Assembly (NCBI GenBank): GCA_965116905.1
Contig: OZ220732.1
Coordinates: forward strand, 896,001 to 960,000
Direction of reading: 5' to 3'
From: Longimicrobiales bacterium
Lineage (GTDB): Bacteria; Gemmatimonadota; Gemmatimonadetes; Longimicrobiales; Gaopeijiaceae
Length of the DNA stretch: 64,000 bases
The position numbers and the translations under genes are program-made. Each line of letters opens with the position of its first letter. Position 1 is the stretch's first letter. Shown piece by piece: positions 51,098 to 59,877 of the stretch. The notes beneath the pieces are model-generated. The model was not told the DNA's origin. It did no database searches and worked only from the letters and a program-made list of their open reading frames with translations.

Positions 51098-52182
51098 GAG
51101 GTTGGCTGGTACTAGCGGTGGTTGGTATGGCCGTTGGGACGTGCGAGAGTAACAGCAGCGAAAGCCACGAGAATCCGGTTGAGGTCTTCGAGATGAGGGA
51201 AGAACTCAGGATCGGGCGTGCAACTGGCGCTGGCCCGGAGGTCTTTGGGCGGATCGTGTCCCTGGCTGTCGATGACCGCGGCGCGATATACGTGGCTGAC
51301 TCGCATGGGCCGGCGATAATCGCGTTTTCCTCCGAAGGGAAGTTTGTCCGGCGCATCGGGCAGCAAGGACAGGGGCCTGGAGAGTTTGGGAGCCTTGAGG
51401 GTATCGCCTGGCAGCCAACCACTGCGACTATATGGAGCATGGACTTCACGAGGCGCACCTTAATGGGCTTCGATACACTCGGCGTGCATCGGTCTACACA
51501 CCGGTACGCGACAGAGACGATGCACTTTAGCCTACCATGGGTGGGGCGGATAGACGCATCGGGGCATCTTTATGACTTGGACCCGATGACCCATACGCAG
51601 GTGGTTAGATACCAACTATCTGTGGACACCGTAGGGCCGGTTGACAGTCTAGCTATACCGGCGGTCCGACCAGAACCGCCAACCTACACGATCCGCCGCG
51701 GGGCTCTGACGGAGCTAGCCACTGTGCCCTTCAGCCCGTGGATTGCCTGGGATGTATCGCCGCAGGGCAATGTGCTGTTGGCCAACACCTCCGTGCTTGA
51801 GATCCACGAGGTGACATTCGACGGTGACACGATCTATTCAATAGCGCTTGACCGTAGCCCGCCTCCGCTGGAGCGTCGAGTGCGTGACAGTATCGCAAGC
51901 GACATCGGAGTGCCGTCGAGATTGTTGCCGAAGCATAGGACCGCCATGGAAGACGTGGTCGTTGGATTGGACAATAGCATCTGGATTGACTTGACCGATG
52001 ACACGCAAAGCTCATGGGAAGTGTTTGACGAGAAAGGCCACCATATCGGACAGGCAACATCGCCTTTGGTCATCAACAAGAAACCCCGCCCGGTCGTCAC
52101 TATGAGGACCCTAACAGGAATCACAGAGGACGACTTAGGCGTTCAATATATTGTGCGACTAGGGATTGAATTCCCCACCTGA
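51094..52182 (+). CDS. Six-bladed (NHL-like) beta-propeller lipoprotein
   Basis: Signal with Cys; EELRIG, IYVAD, GQQGQGPGEF, EDDLGVQYIVRL; paralog of 47341-48495. Confidence 0.85.
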   Translation: MRGWLVLAVVGMAVGTCESNSSESHENPVEVFEMREELRIGRATGAGPEVFGRIVSLAVDDRGAIYVADSHGPAIIAFSSEGKFVRRIGQQGQGPGEFGSLEGIAWQPTTATIWSMDFTRRTLMGFDTLGVHRSTHRYATETMHFSLPWVGRIDASGHLYDLDPMTHTQVVRYQLSVDTVGPVDSLAIPAVRPEPPTYTIRRGALTELATVPFSPWIAWDVSPQGNVLLANTSVLEIHEVTFDGDTIYSIALDRSPPPLERRVRDSIASDIGVPSRLLPKHRTAMEDVVVGLDNSIWIDLTDDTQSSWEVFDEKGHHIGQATSPLVINKKPRPVVTMRTLTGITEDDLGVQYIVRLGIEFPT

Positions 52183-52321
52183 CCTGGGAAAGGAGGTGTA
52201 TAGCAAACACAGGGAGAAACGGGGAGTCGCAGTCCCTGGCTCGCGAAGGGAAGCATAGCTATCGTTGTAGTCACCCCAAAGCAGTTTGATCAAACCAATC
52301 GTTGAAAGGGAGTACATTATC

Positions 52322-52615
52322 ATGCGGAAGCTTTTTCTTGTTGACATGGCAGGCATCAAGCGCGGCGCAGCTGCAAGGTACGCTGCACTTCTAACCAGTC
52401 TGTTTACGATCGTAGGGGGTGCACAGGCTGCTGCGCCTCTTTCGGTCGCGGCGATGCCTCATTCGGAGACAGGCGCGGCCCCCAATTGCTCTGCGGCAGC
52501 CGTAGCGGCCGCTATGGGTCTCTTGTGGAAGAGGTGCGAGGGGCCGGGATCGGCGACTCTCCACTGCAGCGAAGGTGGGTCGGTTCTCTTGGAGAACGTC
52601 GAGTGTGAGGAGTAG
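52322..52615 (+). CDS. Small secreted Cys-rich peptide (C-x15-C-x9-C-x12-C)
   Basis: RBS AGGGAG; signal-like region (AQA); paralog of 49359-49640. Confidence 0.8.
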   Translation: MRKLFLVDMAGIKRGAAARYAALLTSLFTIVGGAQAAAPLSVAAMPHSETGAAPNCSAAAVAAAMGLLWKRCEGPGSATLHCSEGGSVLLENVECEE

Positions 52616-52721
52616 GGCGTGAAAGGAGAGGGATCGAGCCTGGTCGTACCATGGGTGTCCCGTATCCGCCAACCAGACGGGAGGCGAAGCTCGGGACTCC
52701 GGTGGGTCTAGACCAGGAGGT

Positions 52722-52761
52722 GCATTGCCCCGTCCCCGCGAGCGCGGGGACGGGGCAATGC
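52722..52761. terminator. Perfect 19-bp GC-rich hairpin downstream of the peptide gene
   Basis: GCATTGCCCCGTCCCCGCG-AG-CGCGGGGACGGGGCAATGC; no U-tract. Confidence 0.55.
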
Positions 52762-52889
52762 TCGGATGCACGACTGCTCGCTTGGTCAGGGACGCAGGGG
52801 GCCGCTCTTCCAACCTCGCGAGAGATCTTCAGCAAGGAGAGGCGGTGGCCCGAAAGACGCTGCTCGGCGCGGCAAGAGTCGAGAGTGTT

Positions 52890-53250
52890 CGCCGGCTGAA
52901 GTACGGACTCGGCCGGAGCCAGGGGAGATCGCGGTCATTCTCGCGATCTCCCGCACCACGGTCGGCAGCTAGGTCCGGCGCGGGAGCGACCGGGGGCTGG
53001 CGCGGCACAGGGGCGTGACGTTTCAGCTCCTGATGGTACGAGTGCCGCGCGCCCCCGGACGGATATCAGTACAGCCGCTTCTGCGACCACTACCGCGTGG
53101 GGCTCGGTCGCCTTGAACCCGATGTCAACCGAACATACCATGACCTGGCGGTGCACGACCGGATGGCGGTGCTGCCCGCCCGGCCGCGCTCGCCCCAGGA
53201 CAAGGCGAAAGTGGAGGCGACCGTCCAGAACGTGGGACCATGGCTTCTTG
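52890..53250 (+). pseudogene. istA: Internally deleted IS21-family istA transposase remnant
   Basis: Fragments RLKYGLGRSQGEIA..AISRTTV, PDGYQYSRFCDHYR, and EPDVNRTYHDLA...VLPARPRSPQDKAKVE, separated by stops/frameshifts. Confidence 0.75.
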
Positions 53251-53853
53251 GCATCCACTCGGGGTGCTACCGGGCCTGCTGGGTGCCGGCCCGGAACCCG
53301 CTCGAAGTGTTGGCGGTCGAGAAAGGCGAGAGGATTGATCGGGACATGCTCGAGGAGGCGCCTAGGTCTGGTCGACCTCTCCCTCGACCGGCAGGTCATC
53401 ATGATTGGCCTGTGCGTCGACAGGCTTTTTCCGGAGATCGGCCGCGCGCAGCTCGATCTGTCGTACCTGATACATCGGGGGCTCCATGTACGAGGGACTC
53501 CGCCTCACGGGCGTTCCCGGAAGGTATCACGCTGACCGGACTCCCTGTTTCCGTAGCTCGTCAGTCTTTGATTCGGGTCTCAACTCGAACTGTTCGAGCT
53601 TCTCGAATATGGCCCTCTCCCCCCTGATCGTGGTGGGCGGAGTGCCGGTGAAGGTCAGGGCCCAACTAACCTCTTAGCGGTTCGTCGCCAAGCCGGGATC
53701 GTCGGGTGTCCGAGGGGCACACCAACGTTCTCACTTGAGCGCCACCCGACCTCACGCTGCACAGGCGTTAGCGGGATAGGTCCCCAAGGCATCACGATGG
53801 ATGGCGCTGGGAAGTCCACAAGCGCGAGGAGTCAGAGGGGGTCGAGGACCTTC

Positions 53854-53961
53854 TCCAACGAGCGGCCGCGCGCCGCGACCGCTAGCATGGCCGAGAAGCT
53901 CGTACCGATCCCGACGCCCCAAACGATCCCCGCGATGATCATGAACCCCGACTCATCCTCG
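53854..53961. repeat. 108-bp direct repeat, copy 2 (fragment of the 48501-48959 membrane gene)
   Basis: About 92% identical to 48733-48840. Confidence 0.9.
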
Positions 53962-54014
53962 GTGGGGAGCCCGCCGTGATTGAGAAGCTGGCCCGGCGTT
54001 GAGGGCGAATGCGG

Positions 54015-54578
54015 TTATCCGTCTCCTGCCGACAGCATGTTTTGGGCCACCACGCCGAGCTGCCGTCCGTGACCGTCGGCCACGACGCGACCTCGCCCGT
54101 CGACCGCGAAGACCCACGGCGTCCGTTTCGTAATGGCATGACCGAGGGGCTCGGCCGATGTGACGATGACGGGCCATTGTCGGTCACGGAGGTAGTCCGT
54201 CGCCCCTGGACCGGCAGCAACGGCAATGATCCGATAGCCCTTGTGTACGCTCCCTTCCAGCCAGTCAGACCAAAGGGGTGCAACACGGCGGCTATGGGCG
54301 CAGTCGGGGTCAAAGACGAGGAGGAGCGCAGGCTGCCCCGTGCCGAGCTCCTGCAACACTCCGTGGGAATCTCTCAACGACAGATCCGAAAGGTCATCTC
54401 CCCTCGTCACAAAAGGGGACGGGCCATCGGTGTGGGCCTTGACGTAAGCGAAAGCGAGGGCTTGAAGGACGGCCACGACAGCCAGGCCGGCGACGGCAAC
54501 GTGCCATGGCCCGCGCCAAGAACCTCTCCTCTCGCTCTCGGGAAGAATCTCGGCGCTCGCGGCCTCGTTCGATGACAT
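54015..54578 (-). CDS. Membrane-anchored thioredoxin/peroxiredoxin-like protein
   Basis: TM helix; LLLVFDPDCAHS (CxxS); RTPWVFAVDGRGRV. Confidence 0.8.
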   Translation of the reverse strand: MSSNEAASAEILPESERRGSWRGPWHVAVAGLAVVAVLQALAFAYVKAHTDGPSPFVTRGDDLSDLSLRDSHGVLQELGTGQPALLLVFDPDCAHSRRVAPLWSDWLEGSVHKGYRIIAVAAGPGATDYLRDRQWPVIVTSAEPLGHAITKRTPWVFAVDGRGRVVADGHGRQLGVVAQNMLSAGDG

Positions 54579-54824
54579 TGCGACCCCCCGTTGGGATTGC
54601 CAGGCAGGACAAAGGGCGCCTGCCTTCACTGTCCCTGCTAACAGGTGAGATGCCCACAGCGTGCAATCGGAGGACGTGGTAGCCAACAGGCGCGAATTGC
54701 ACGATTCCGTCCTGGGATCTGTTAGTTGATCATAAAGAGGGGAGTGACCCCTCATTCGGGGCGTGGCCCAGTGGAGTCTTTTCTGGCCCAGTTGCCTTGT
54801 TTTCTTCCCAGAAGGAGTGGAAAC

Positions 54825-55025
54825 TTGCGAGCTACCGCGATAGTGCTCATCCTGCTGAACCTTGTCCTCGGCGCGGGTCTACTGGAGTCGATCAGGAACG
54901 ACGCGACTCGAGCGCAGGGCTTCCGCAGTTGCTGCCGTGTTGCAGGTGCCGAGGCCTACTGCTGTGACCAGTGCTGTTGGTTCCGCACCGATTGTGACTT
55001 CGACAGCGATTGCCAGGATGCCTGA
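54825..55025 (+). CDS. Small secreted Cys-rich peptide (8 Cys, three CC pairs)
   Basis: RBS AAGGAG before TTG; hydrophobic N-terminus; CC-x8-CC-x2-CC-x5-C-x5-C. Confidence 0.75.
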   Translation: MRATAIVLILLNLVLGAGLLESIRNDATRAQGFRSCCRVAGAEAYCCDQCCWFRTDCDFDSDCQDA

Positions 55026-55062
55026 CCGGTAGGAGGTCGCGGTTGATCGGGAGGCTGAACGG

Positions 55063-55866
55063 ATGACGACGACTCAGCGCCGCAGGAAACCTGTCGGCTG
55101 GGCCGGGGCCTGCTTCAGGGCCATGGCGCCTTGGCTTTTGCTGCTCGTGGGTGGCAAGGTTGTCCTGACCCAGATTTGGGCGCCGCTGGAAGAGGCGTCA
55201 TCGCTGTCTCGATGGCTTTGGCTCATCATTGATGACCTTGCCTTGGTCCTTCCGTTCCTCCTTTTCGCGGTGGGCCTTGCTCTGGGACGAGTGCTGGGGC
55301 ACTCGGGGCGAGTGGTTCGGGTCGCCGTACTGGTGGGCATGGCGGTGAGCATCCTGTCCTACAGCTTGGGTGCCTGGGCGGCGCCGGAAATCGAGGAGCG
55401 GCTTCGGGCGGCGCGGCGTGCCGACACCGTCGACACACGTCAGTTCGGAATCCCAACGCCGGTCGGCATCCTCCGCAATCTTGAATTCGTGAGGGCCAAT
55501 CCACCGCCCCAATACAGCCTTCGAACGAGCAGTCCACAGGAGTTTCCTCCCAACGTGCTGCTCTGGCGCTTGCACCAGCCACTGGCGTTCGCCGTATTCG
55601 GGATCGCCAATGTGCTCCTGGGGCTGCTGGCTTCCGAGTTGACGGTGGACCTGTCGAACCGGGTGAGGCGAAATGTGCGCCTGGCCGTGGGCGTCGGGGG
55701 CGCGATCGCGTTCCTGGCCTGCATGGTAGTGGCTTCCCCTGTCGAGCCGTTCCTGCGGGACGGCACCATGCGTTCGGGAATCGTCGGCGCGTGGCTGCCG
55801 CTCCTGATCCCGCTTGTCGAGGGCTTGGTCCTTCGGTACCTCGTCCAAAGCCGGCGGTACGGATGA
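55063..55866 (+). CDS. Multi-pass membrane protein
   Basis: About 6 TM segments with an extracytoplasmic loop; ATGA-coupled to the sigma factor. Confidence 0.7.
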   Translation: MTTTQRRRKPVGWAGACFRAMAPWLLLLVGGKVVLTQIWAPLEEASSLSRWLWLIIDDLALVLPFLLFAVGLALGRVLGHSGRVVRVAVLVGMAVSILSYSLGAWAAPEIEERLRAARRADTVDTRQFGIPTPVGILRNLEFVRANPPPQYSLRTSSPQEFPPNVLLWRLHQPLAFAVFGIANVLLGLLASELTVDLSNRVRRNVRLAVGVGGAIAFLACMVVASPVEPFLRDGTMRSGIVGAWLPLLIPLVEGLVLRYLVQSRRYG

Positions 55867-56555
55867 CTGACACGACGTTCGGTGTCCCCCCTTCACTCTC
55901 GGACGATGTGACGCCCGCAGGGGAGAAGCCGCGCCCGTCCGATGCCGACGACATGCCGGACACAGAGGGTGCCGACGACACGCCGGACACAGAGGGTGAT
56001 GCCATTGACGGGGTGGCCTTTCGGGACGGGGACGAAGAGTGCTATCGCGCCGTCCTGGACCGTTTTGAACTCCTGATTCGCAAGGTCTTGTCGTCGTATG
56101 GAGATTGCGATGCCGACCGGCAGGACCTGTATCAGGATGTCTGCGTCCGCATTCTAGAGCAGCGCCACGGATACCGGGAGCAGGGCGCGATGGGCGGATG
56201 GATACACACGCTGGCACGTAACGTGGCCCAGAACTGGCGCGACTCGCAAATCGCACGTGAGTCGGCGCAAGACGAATATGTGGCCGCGTTCGCGCCGATC
56301 GCCGCGGCCAGGCACATCACCGAGGACCCATCGAGGCTCCTGATCCGCAAGGAGCTCCTGGCCAACGTGGAGCGGGCTCTCGACGCCATTTCGGACCAGC
56401 AGGCGAACGCGCTCAGATTGGTCCACATCGAAGGGTACAGTGTCAAGGAGGCTGCTCAGCTCCTGGGCACCAAGCCGGCGACCGTGCGATCCAACGTGCG
56501 CCATGCCAGAGAGAAACTGCGGGAACAGGCGGAGTTGAGAGATGAAATGTCCTGA
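55863..56555 (+). CDS. ECF sigma-70 factor
   Basis: DLYQDV...WIHTLARN; EGYSVKEAAQLLG...TVRS...AREKLR. Confidence 0.9.
   Translation: MTDTTFGVPPSLSDDVTPAGEKPRPSDADDMPDTEGADDTPDTEGDAIDGVAFRDGDEECYRAVLDRFELLIRKVLSSYGDCDADRQDLYQDVCVRILEQRHGYREQGAMGGWIHTLARNVAQNWRDSQIARESAQDEYVAAFAPIAAARHITEDPSRLLIRKELLANVERALDAISDQQANALRLVHIEGYSVKEAAQLLGTKPATVRSNVRHAREKLREQAELRDEMS
55943..55996. repeat. 27-bp tandem duplication in the sigma N-terminus
   Basis: TGCCGACGACA(T/C)GCCGGACACAGAGGG x2. Confidence 0.85.
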
Positions 56556-56982
56556 CCTGAGAACGCTGAGCCGAGTCGGTACGCCCAATGCCGATCCGGC
56601 CGTCGTGGAACACGTGGTGAGTTGCCGTTCGTGCTGGCTGGACTGGCAGATCCAGCAAGGCATGCGTTATCTGGAGGATCCGGTGGTCCAAAACGCGTCG
56701 GATGTGAACGACCGGGTGATCGCCAGGGTCCGCATCAGGGCGCGGCGTGATTCTGAGCCGCCGGCGAGGTGGCGCGATGCCGCGTTGTTCGGCGCAGTCG
56801 TCGCGATTGCGGTGCTCGCTTTCCTGTTGGCAGTTCCGGCGGCCGCAGTGGCTATACCGGTCGCCCCGGCGGTGGGGTACGCGATCCTGGCGGGTGTCCT
56901 GGGCACGCTCTACGTCAAGAAGCGGGACGAAGGTCGCGTTGCTGGCGATTCCGCCGTGGGAGCGGCAGGTCCTGATCTCTAG
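56542..56982 (+). CDS. Putative zinc-binding membrane anti-sigma factor
   Basis: C...HVVSCRSC (HxxxCxxC); two C-terminal TM helices; overlaps the sigma gene. Confidence 0.75.
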   Translation: MKCPDLRTLSRVGTPNADPAVVEHVVSCRSCWLDWQIQQGMRYLEDPVVQNASDVNDRVIARVRIRARRDSEPPARWRDAALFGAVVAIAVLAFLLAVPAAAVAIPVAPAVGYAILAGVLGTLYVKKRDEGRVAGDSAVGAAGPDL

Positions 56983-57135
56983 GCCACGGAGTTCCGCACT
57001 TGCCGCACCGGTGCGTTGCAGCCCTGCGCACCGCCTACCAGTCCGGTAGCGGTCTGGCTACAGTCCGGTATCAGTCTTGATCTCCTTGTCATTGGCGGGG
57101 TTGCCAATTTTTGCCAAAGCGGCTAATCTCCCCCC

Positions 57136-57375
57136 ATGAGCACCATGAACATCTCGCTTCCGGCTTCTCTGAAGTCCTATGTCGACGACCAGGTGGAGGG
57201 TCGCGGATACGGGAGCAGCAGCGCGTATGTCCGCGAACTCATCCGCCGTGACCGCGATCGCCAGCATCTCCGGAGTCTGCTGCTCGAGGGCGGCGAGTCG
57301 GAGCCCGCGGCCCCGGCGGACGCCGCCCATTTCGAGACGCTGCGGAACCGCGTTCGCCACTACTCGGGGGAATGA
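57136..57375 (+). CDS. parD: ParD family antitoxin
   Basis: MNISLP..LK..VD..V....YGSSSAYVRELIR...LLLEG..S. Confidence 0.9.
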   Translation: MSTMNISLPASLKSYVDDQVEGRGYGSSSAYVRELIRRDRDRQHLRSLLLEGGESEPAAPADAAHFETLRNRVRHYSGE

Positions 57376-57704
57376 CGCCGAAGCCGGTGGTTCTGCGTGC
57401 GGCAGCCCGGCAGGACGTCGATGCCGCGGTCAGCCACTACCTGGCGGGCGCCGGCCGTAAGACCGCGCTGCGCTTCGTCGAGCGAGTGGAGGAGGCGCTT
57501 CTCCACGTCGGCGTGAACCCGGAAACGGGATCGCCGCGCTACGGCCATGAAGCCAACCTGCCGGGGCTCCGCTCGTGGCCGGTTCGGTCCTTTCCCTATC
57601 TTGTCTGCTACATGACGGCCCGTGGCCGGGTGGATGTGTGGCGGGTGCTGCACCGCCAGCACGACATCCCGGCGTGGATGGACGAGAGTGAGGGACTGAG
57701 ATGA
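57372..57704 (+). CDS. parE: RelE/ParE family toxin
   Basis: AARQDV...P..GSPR...LRSWPV..FPYLV.Y...VWRVLH..DIP; ATGA overlap. Confidence 0.88.
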   Translation: MTPKPVVLRAAARQDVDAAVSHYLAGAGRKTALRFVERVEEALLHVGVNPETGSPRYGHEANLPGLRSWPVRSFPYLVCYMTARGRVDVWRVLHRQHDIPAWMDESEGLR

Positions 57705-57844
57705 AGATCTTGCGGGAAGGAGATCGCGGGTACGCTCTGGCGCCGGAACGTGGGCGGGTCGAGATCGTTTACGAGTACCGAGCGTGGCCAGAATCGCCGA
57801 TCCGCCGAGGTAGATTGGCAGCGCACGAAAACAAGGTGGAGCAC

Positions 57845-59104
57845 ATGAGGACCAGGCACGCAATCGGGTTCGTCACGCACGCGCTCATCGCGGCGGCACT
57901 GTTGACGGTCGGGCCGGCGCACTCCCAGGAGATTGTCGAGCTTCCGGCCGCAGACCGCTTGCTGCGGGCCGACTTCGAAGAGGTCTACCGGAGCGGCTCC
58001 ATGGCGGGCGACGACTGGGAGCAGTTCGGCCGCGTACGCCGAGTCGGTTTCGACGGTGCTGGACGGCTGTTCGTCTTCGACAGCCAGGCCGACCGCATTC
58101 ACGTGGTGGGTCCGGACGGCGAGTATCGGCACACGATCGGTCGTTCGGGCGAGGGTCCGGGCGAGTTTCGACGCCCGGACGGGCTTGCGGTCATGCGCGA
58201 CGGGAGAGTGGTGATCGCGGATCTCGGCCATCGTGCGTACCACATTTTCGGGGCGGACGGCGAATTCGAACGCATGGTGGGCATGGCGCCGGAAGCGGGT
58301 GACATCCGGATCACGGACCTCTATCCGCACCCTGGTGGCGAGGCCATCTTCACCGCCGTCGGGTCCCAGTTGCTCTCGGGCAATTTCGGGACGTCCGGGG
58401 GACGGACCATCCCGCATACATCCCGGCCGGTGGAGCGGCTGTTGCTGACCGCGGACGTGGCCGTGAAGGACACCGTTGCCGAGGGGTGGCTGCCCAGCGG
58501 CGGAGACCAGACGTCGCTGCCTGTCGATGGGCAGGCGAACTACCGCGTGCCGACCCCGCTGCCGTTTGGACCGCGTATCCTGCCGGGCGTGCTCCCGGAT
58601 GGAAGCGTGGCGTTCTCGGACTCCTCGGCCTACGCGATCAAGATCACGCGGCCGGGCGCGGGCGTGTGGCGGATCCTGACGCGGCCGCTGGAGCCGATTC
58701 CCGTCACGGCTCGCGAGATCGAAGCCGAAAAGGAGCGCCGCCTCAAGGACCTGGAGGAAAGCAGCGGCAGGGGTGGGATCATGATAAACGGTGTTCGCGT
58801 GGCGCCCAATCTGGACCGTGCCCGGGCGCGAATCGAGGAGCTGGAGTTCTTCGAGGAGGTCTCGATCGTCCGCGGTCTCAAGACGGACTGGACCGGCGGA
58901 ATCTGGGTGCAGCGGCATGGAGAGGAGCCCAGCGACGACGACGGACCCATCGATGTCCTGACCATGGACGGCGAGTACATCGGCACGTATCCGGCAGGCG
59001 CGATCGAGATGCCGGACGCTTTCGGGCCGGACGGACTGGTCGCGTTCGTCGAGACCGACGAACTGGATGTGCAGACGGTGGTGGTGAGACGGCTTGTCCG
59101 GTGA
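57845..59104 (+). CDS. Secreted six-bladed (NHL-like) beta-propeller protein
   Basis: Signal peptide (AHS); [28 protein letters not shown]. Confidence 0.85.
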   Translation: MRTRHAIGFVTHALIAAALLTVGPAHSQEIVELPAADRLLRADFEEVYRSGSMAGDDWEQFGRVRRVGFDGAGRLFVFDSQADRIHVVGPDGEYRHTIGRSGEGPGEFRRPDGLAVMRDGRVVIADLGHRAYHIFGADGEFERMVGMAPEAGDIRITDLYPHPGGEAIFTAVGSQLLSGNFGTSGGRTIPHTSRPVERLLLTADVAVKDTVAEGWLPSGGDQTSLPVDGQANYRVPTPLPFGPRILPGVLPDGSVAFSDSSAYAIKITRPGAGVWRILTRPLEPIPVTAREIEAEKERRLKDLEESSGRGGIMINGVRVAPNLDRARARIEELEFFEEVSIVRGLKTDWTGGIWVQRHGEEPSDDDGPIDVLTMDGEYIGTYPAGAIEMPDAFGPDGLVAFVETDELDVQTVVVRRLVR

Positions 59105-59853
59105 CGACCGGCCGTGGCGTCACCGTTGCCGTCATCGACAGCGGCGTCAACCCGGACCACCCGCATGTGAGCGGCGTCGCCGGGGGCGTGCGGATCGACC
59201 TCGCCGGGGACGTGTCCGATGACGCGTCGGATGACTACGTCGACCGGCTCGGCCATGGCACCGCCGTCTTCGCCGCAATCCAGGAGAAGGCGCCAGCGGC
59301 TGACATCTTCGCGGTGCGCGTCTTCGAGGATCGGCTGAGGACGAGCACCCGGGCGCTGGTCGCCGCGATCGATTGGGCAGCGGAGCGACGGATCCGGGTC
59401 GTCAACCTGAGCCTCGGGACGTTGCGCGAGGAGCACGCGGGAATGCTGAACGAGGCGGTGGAACGGCTGGCGGATGCCGGGGGTGTGGTGGTGGCGGCGG
59501 CGGAAGCGGATGGGCGCCGGTGGTGGCCGGGTTCGTTGCCGTCGGCGATCGGGGTCGTGATGGACGCCAAATGCCCGCGCGAGTGCGTGAAGGTGCGGGC
59601 GCACGGGCAGGTGCGGGCGCACGGGCAGGGCGGAGACACCGTGGAGAGCCTTGGCGACGGCTGGGTGGTTGCCGCTTCGCCTTATCCGAGGCCGATCCCC
59701 GGCGTGCCGGTCGAGGCCAACCTGAACGGGATCAGCTTTGCCGTCGCCAATGTGACAGGAGTGCTCACGCGCCGGTTGGAAGGCGTTAGCGGCCCTCTGA
59801 CACCGGAGGTCTGTCGGGAGCTGTTGCCCAGGGGAAGCACATCCCGCCCATGA
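59101..59853 (+). CDS. qhpE: Short subtilisin-like S8 protease, probable QhpE
   Basis: VAVIDSG, GHGTAV, VNLSLG, GISFA; no signal or propeptide; SPYPRPIPG. Confidence 0.75.
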   Translation: MTTGRGVTVAVIDSGVNPDHPHVSGVAGGVRIDLAGDVSDDASDDYVDRLGHGTAVFAAIQEKAPAADIFAVRVFEDRLRTSTRALVAAIDWAAERRIRVVNLSLGTLREEHAGMLNEAVERLADAGGVVVAAAEADGRRWWPGSLPSAIGVVMDAKCPRECVKVRAHGQVRAHGQGGDTVESLGDGWVVAASPYPRPIPGVPVEANLNGISFAVANVTGVLTRRLEGVSGPLTPEVCRELLPRGSTSRP

Positions 59854-59877
59854 GGACCAGTGAGCGCGCGATCTCGC

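Noticed and set aside
49230..52320. Shared upstream motif before the twin peptides (TCCCTG[AG]CTCG)
   Set aside because: Too short and at different distances from the starts to support without a statistical test.
53660..53773. attC-like integron site (GCCCAAC ... GCGTTAG with an internal GTCGGGTG/CACCCGAC inverted repeat)
   Set aside because: The arms are asymmetric, no second such site was seen and there is no integron integrase in the window.
40705..55025. Cys-rich island peptides as substrates of the neighbouring radical SAM/SPASM enzyme (new ranthipeptide/sactipeptide cluster)
   Set aside because: The enzyme is fully explained as QhpD with its cognate QhpC adjacent; the island peptides have Sec-like signals and sit with oxidoreductases, pointing to disulfides instead.
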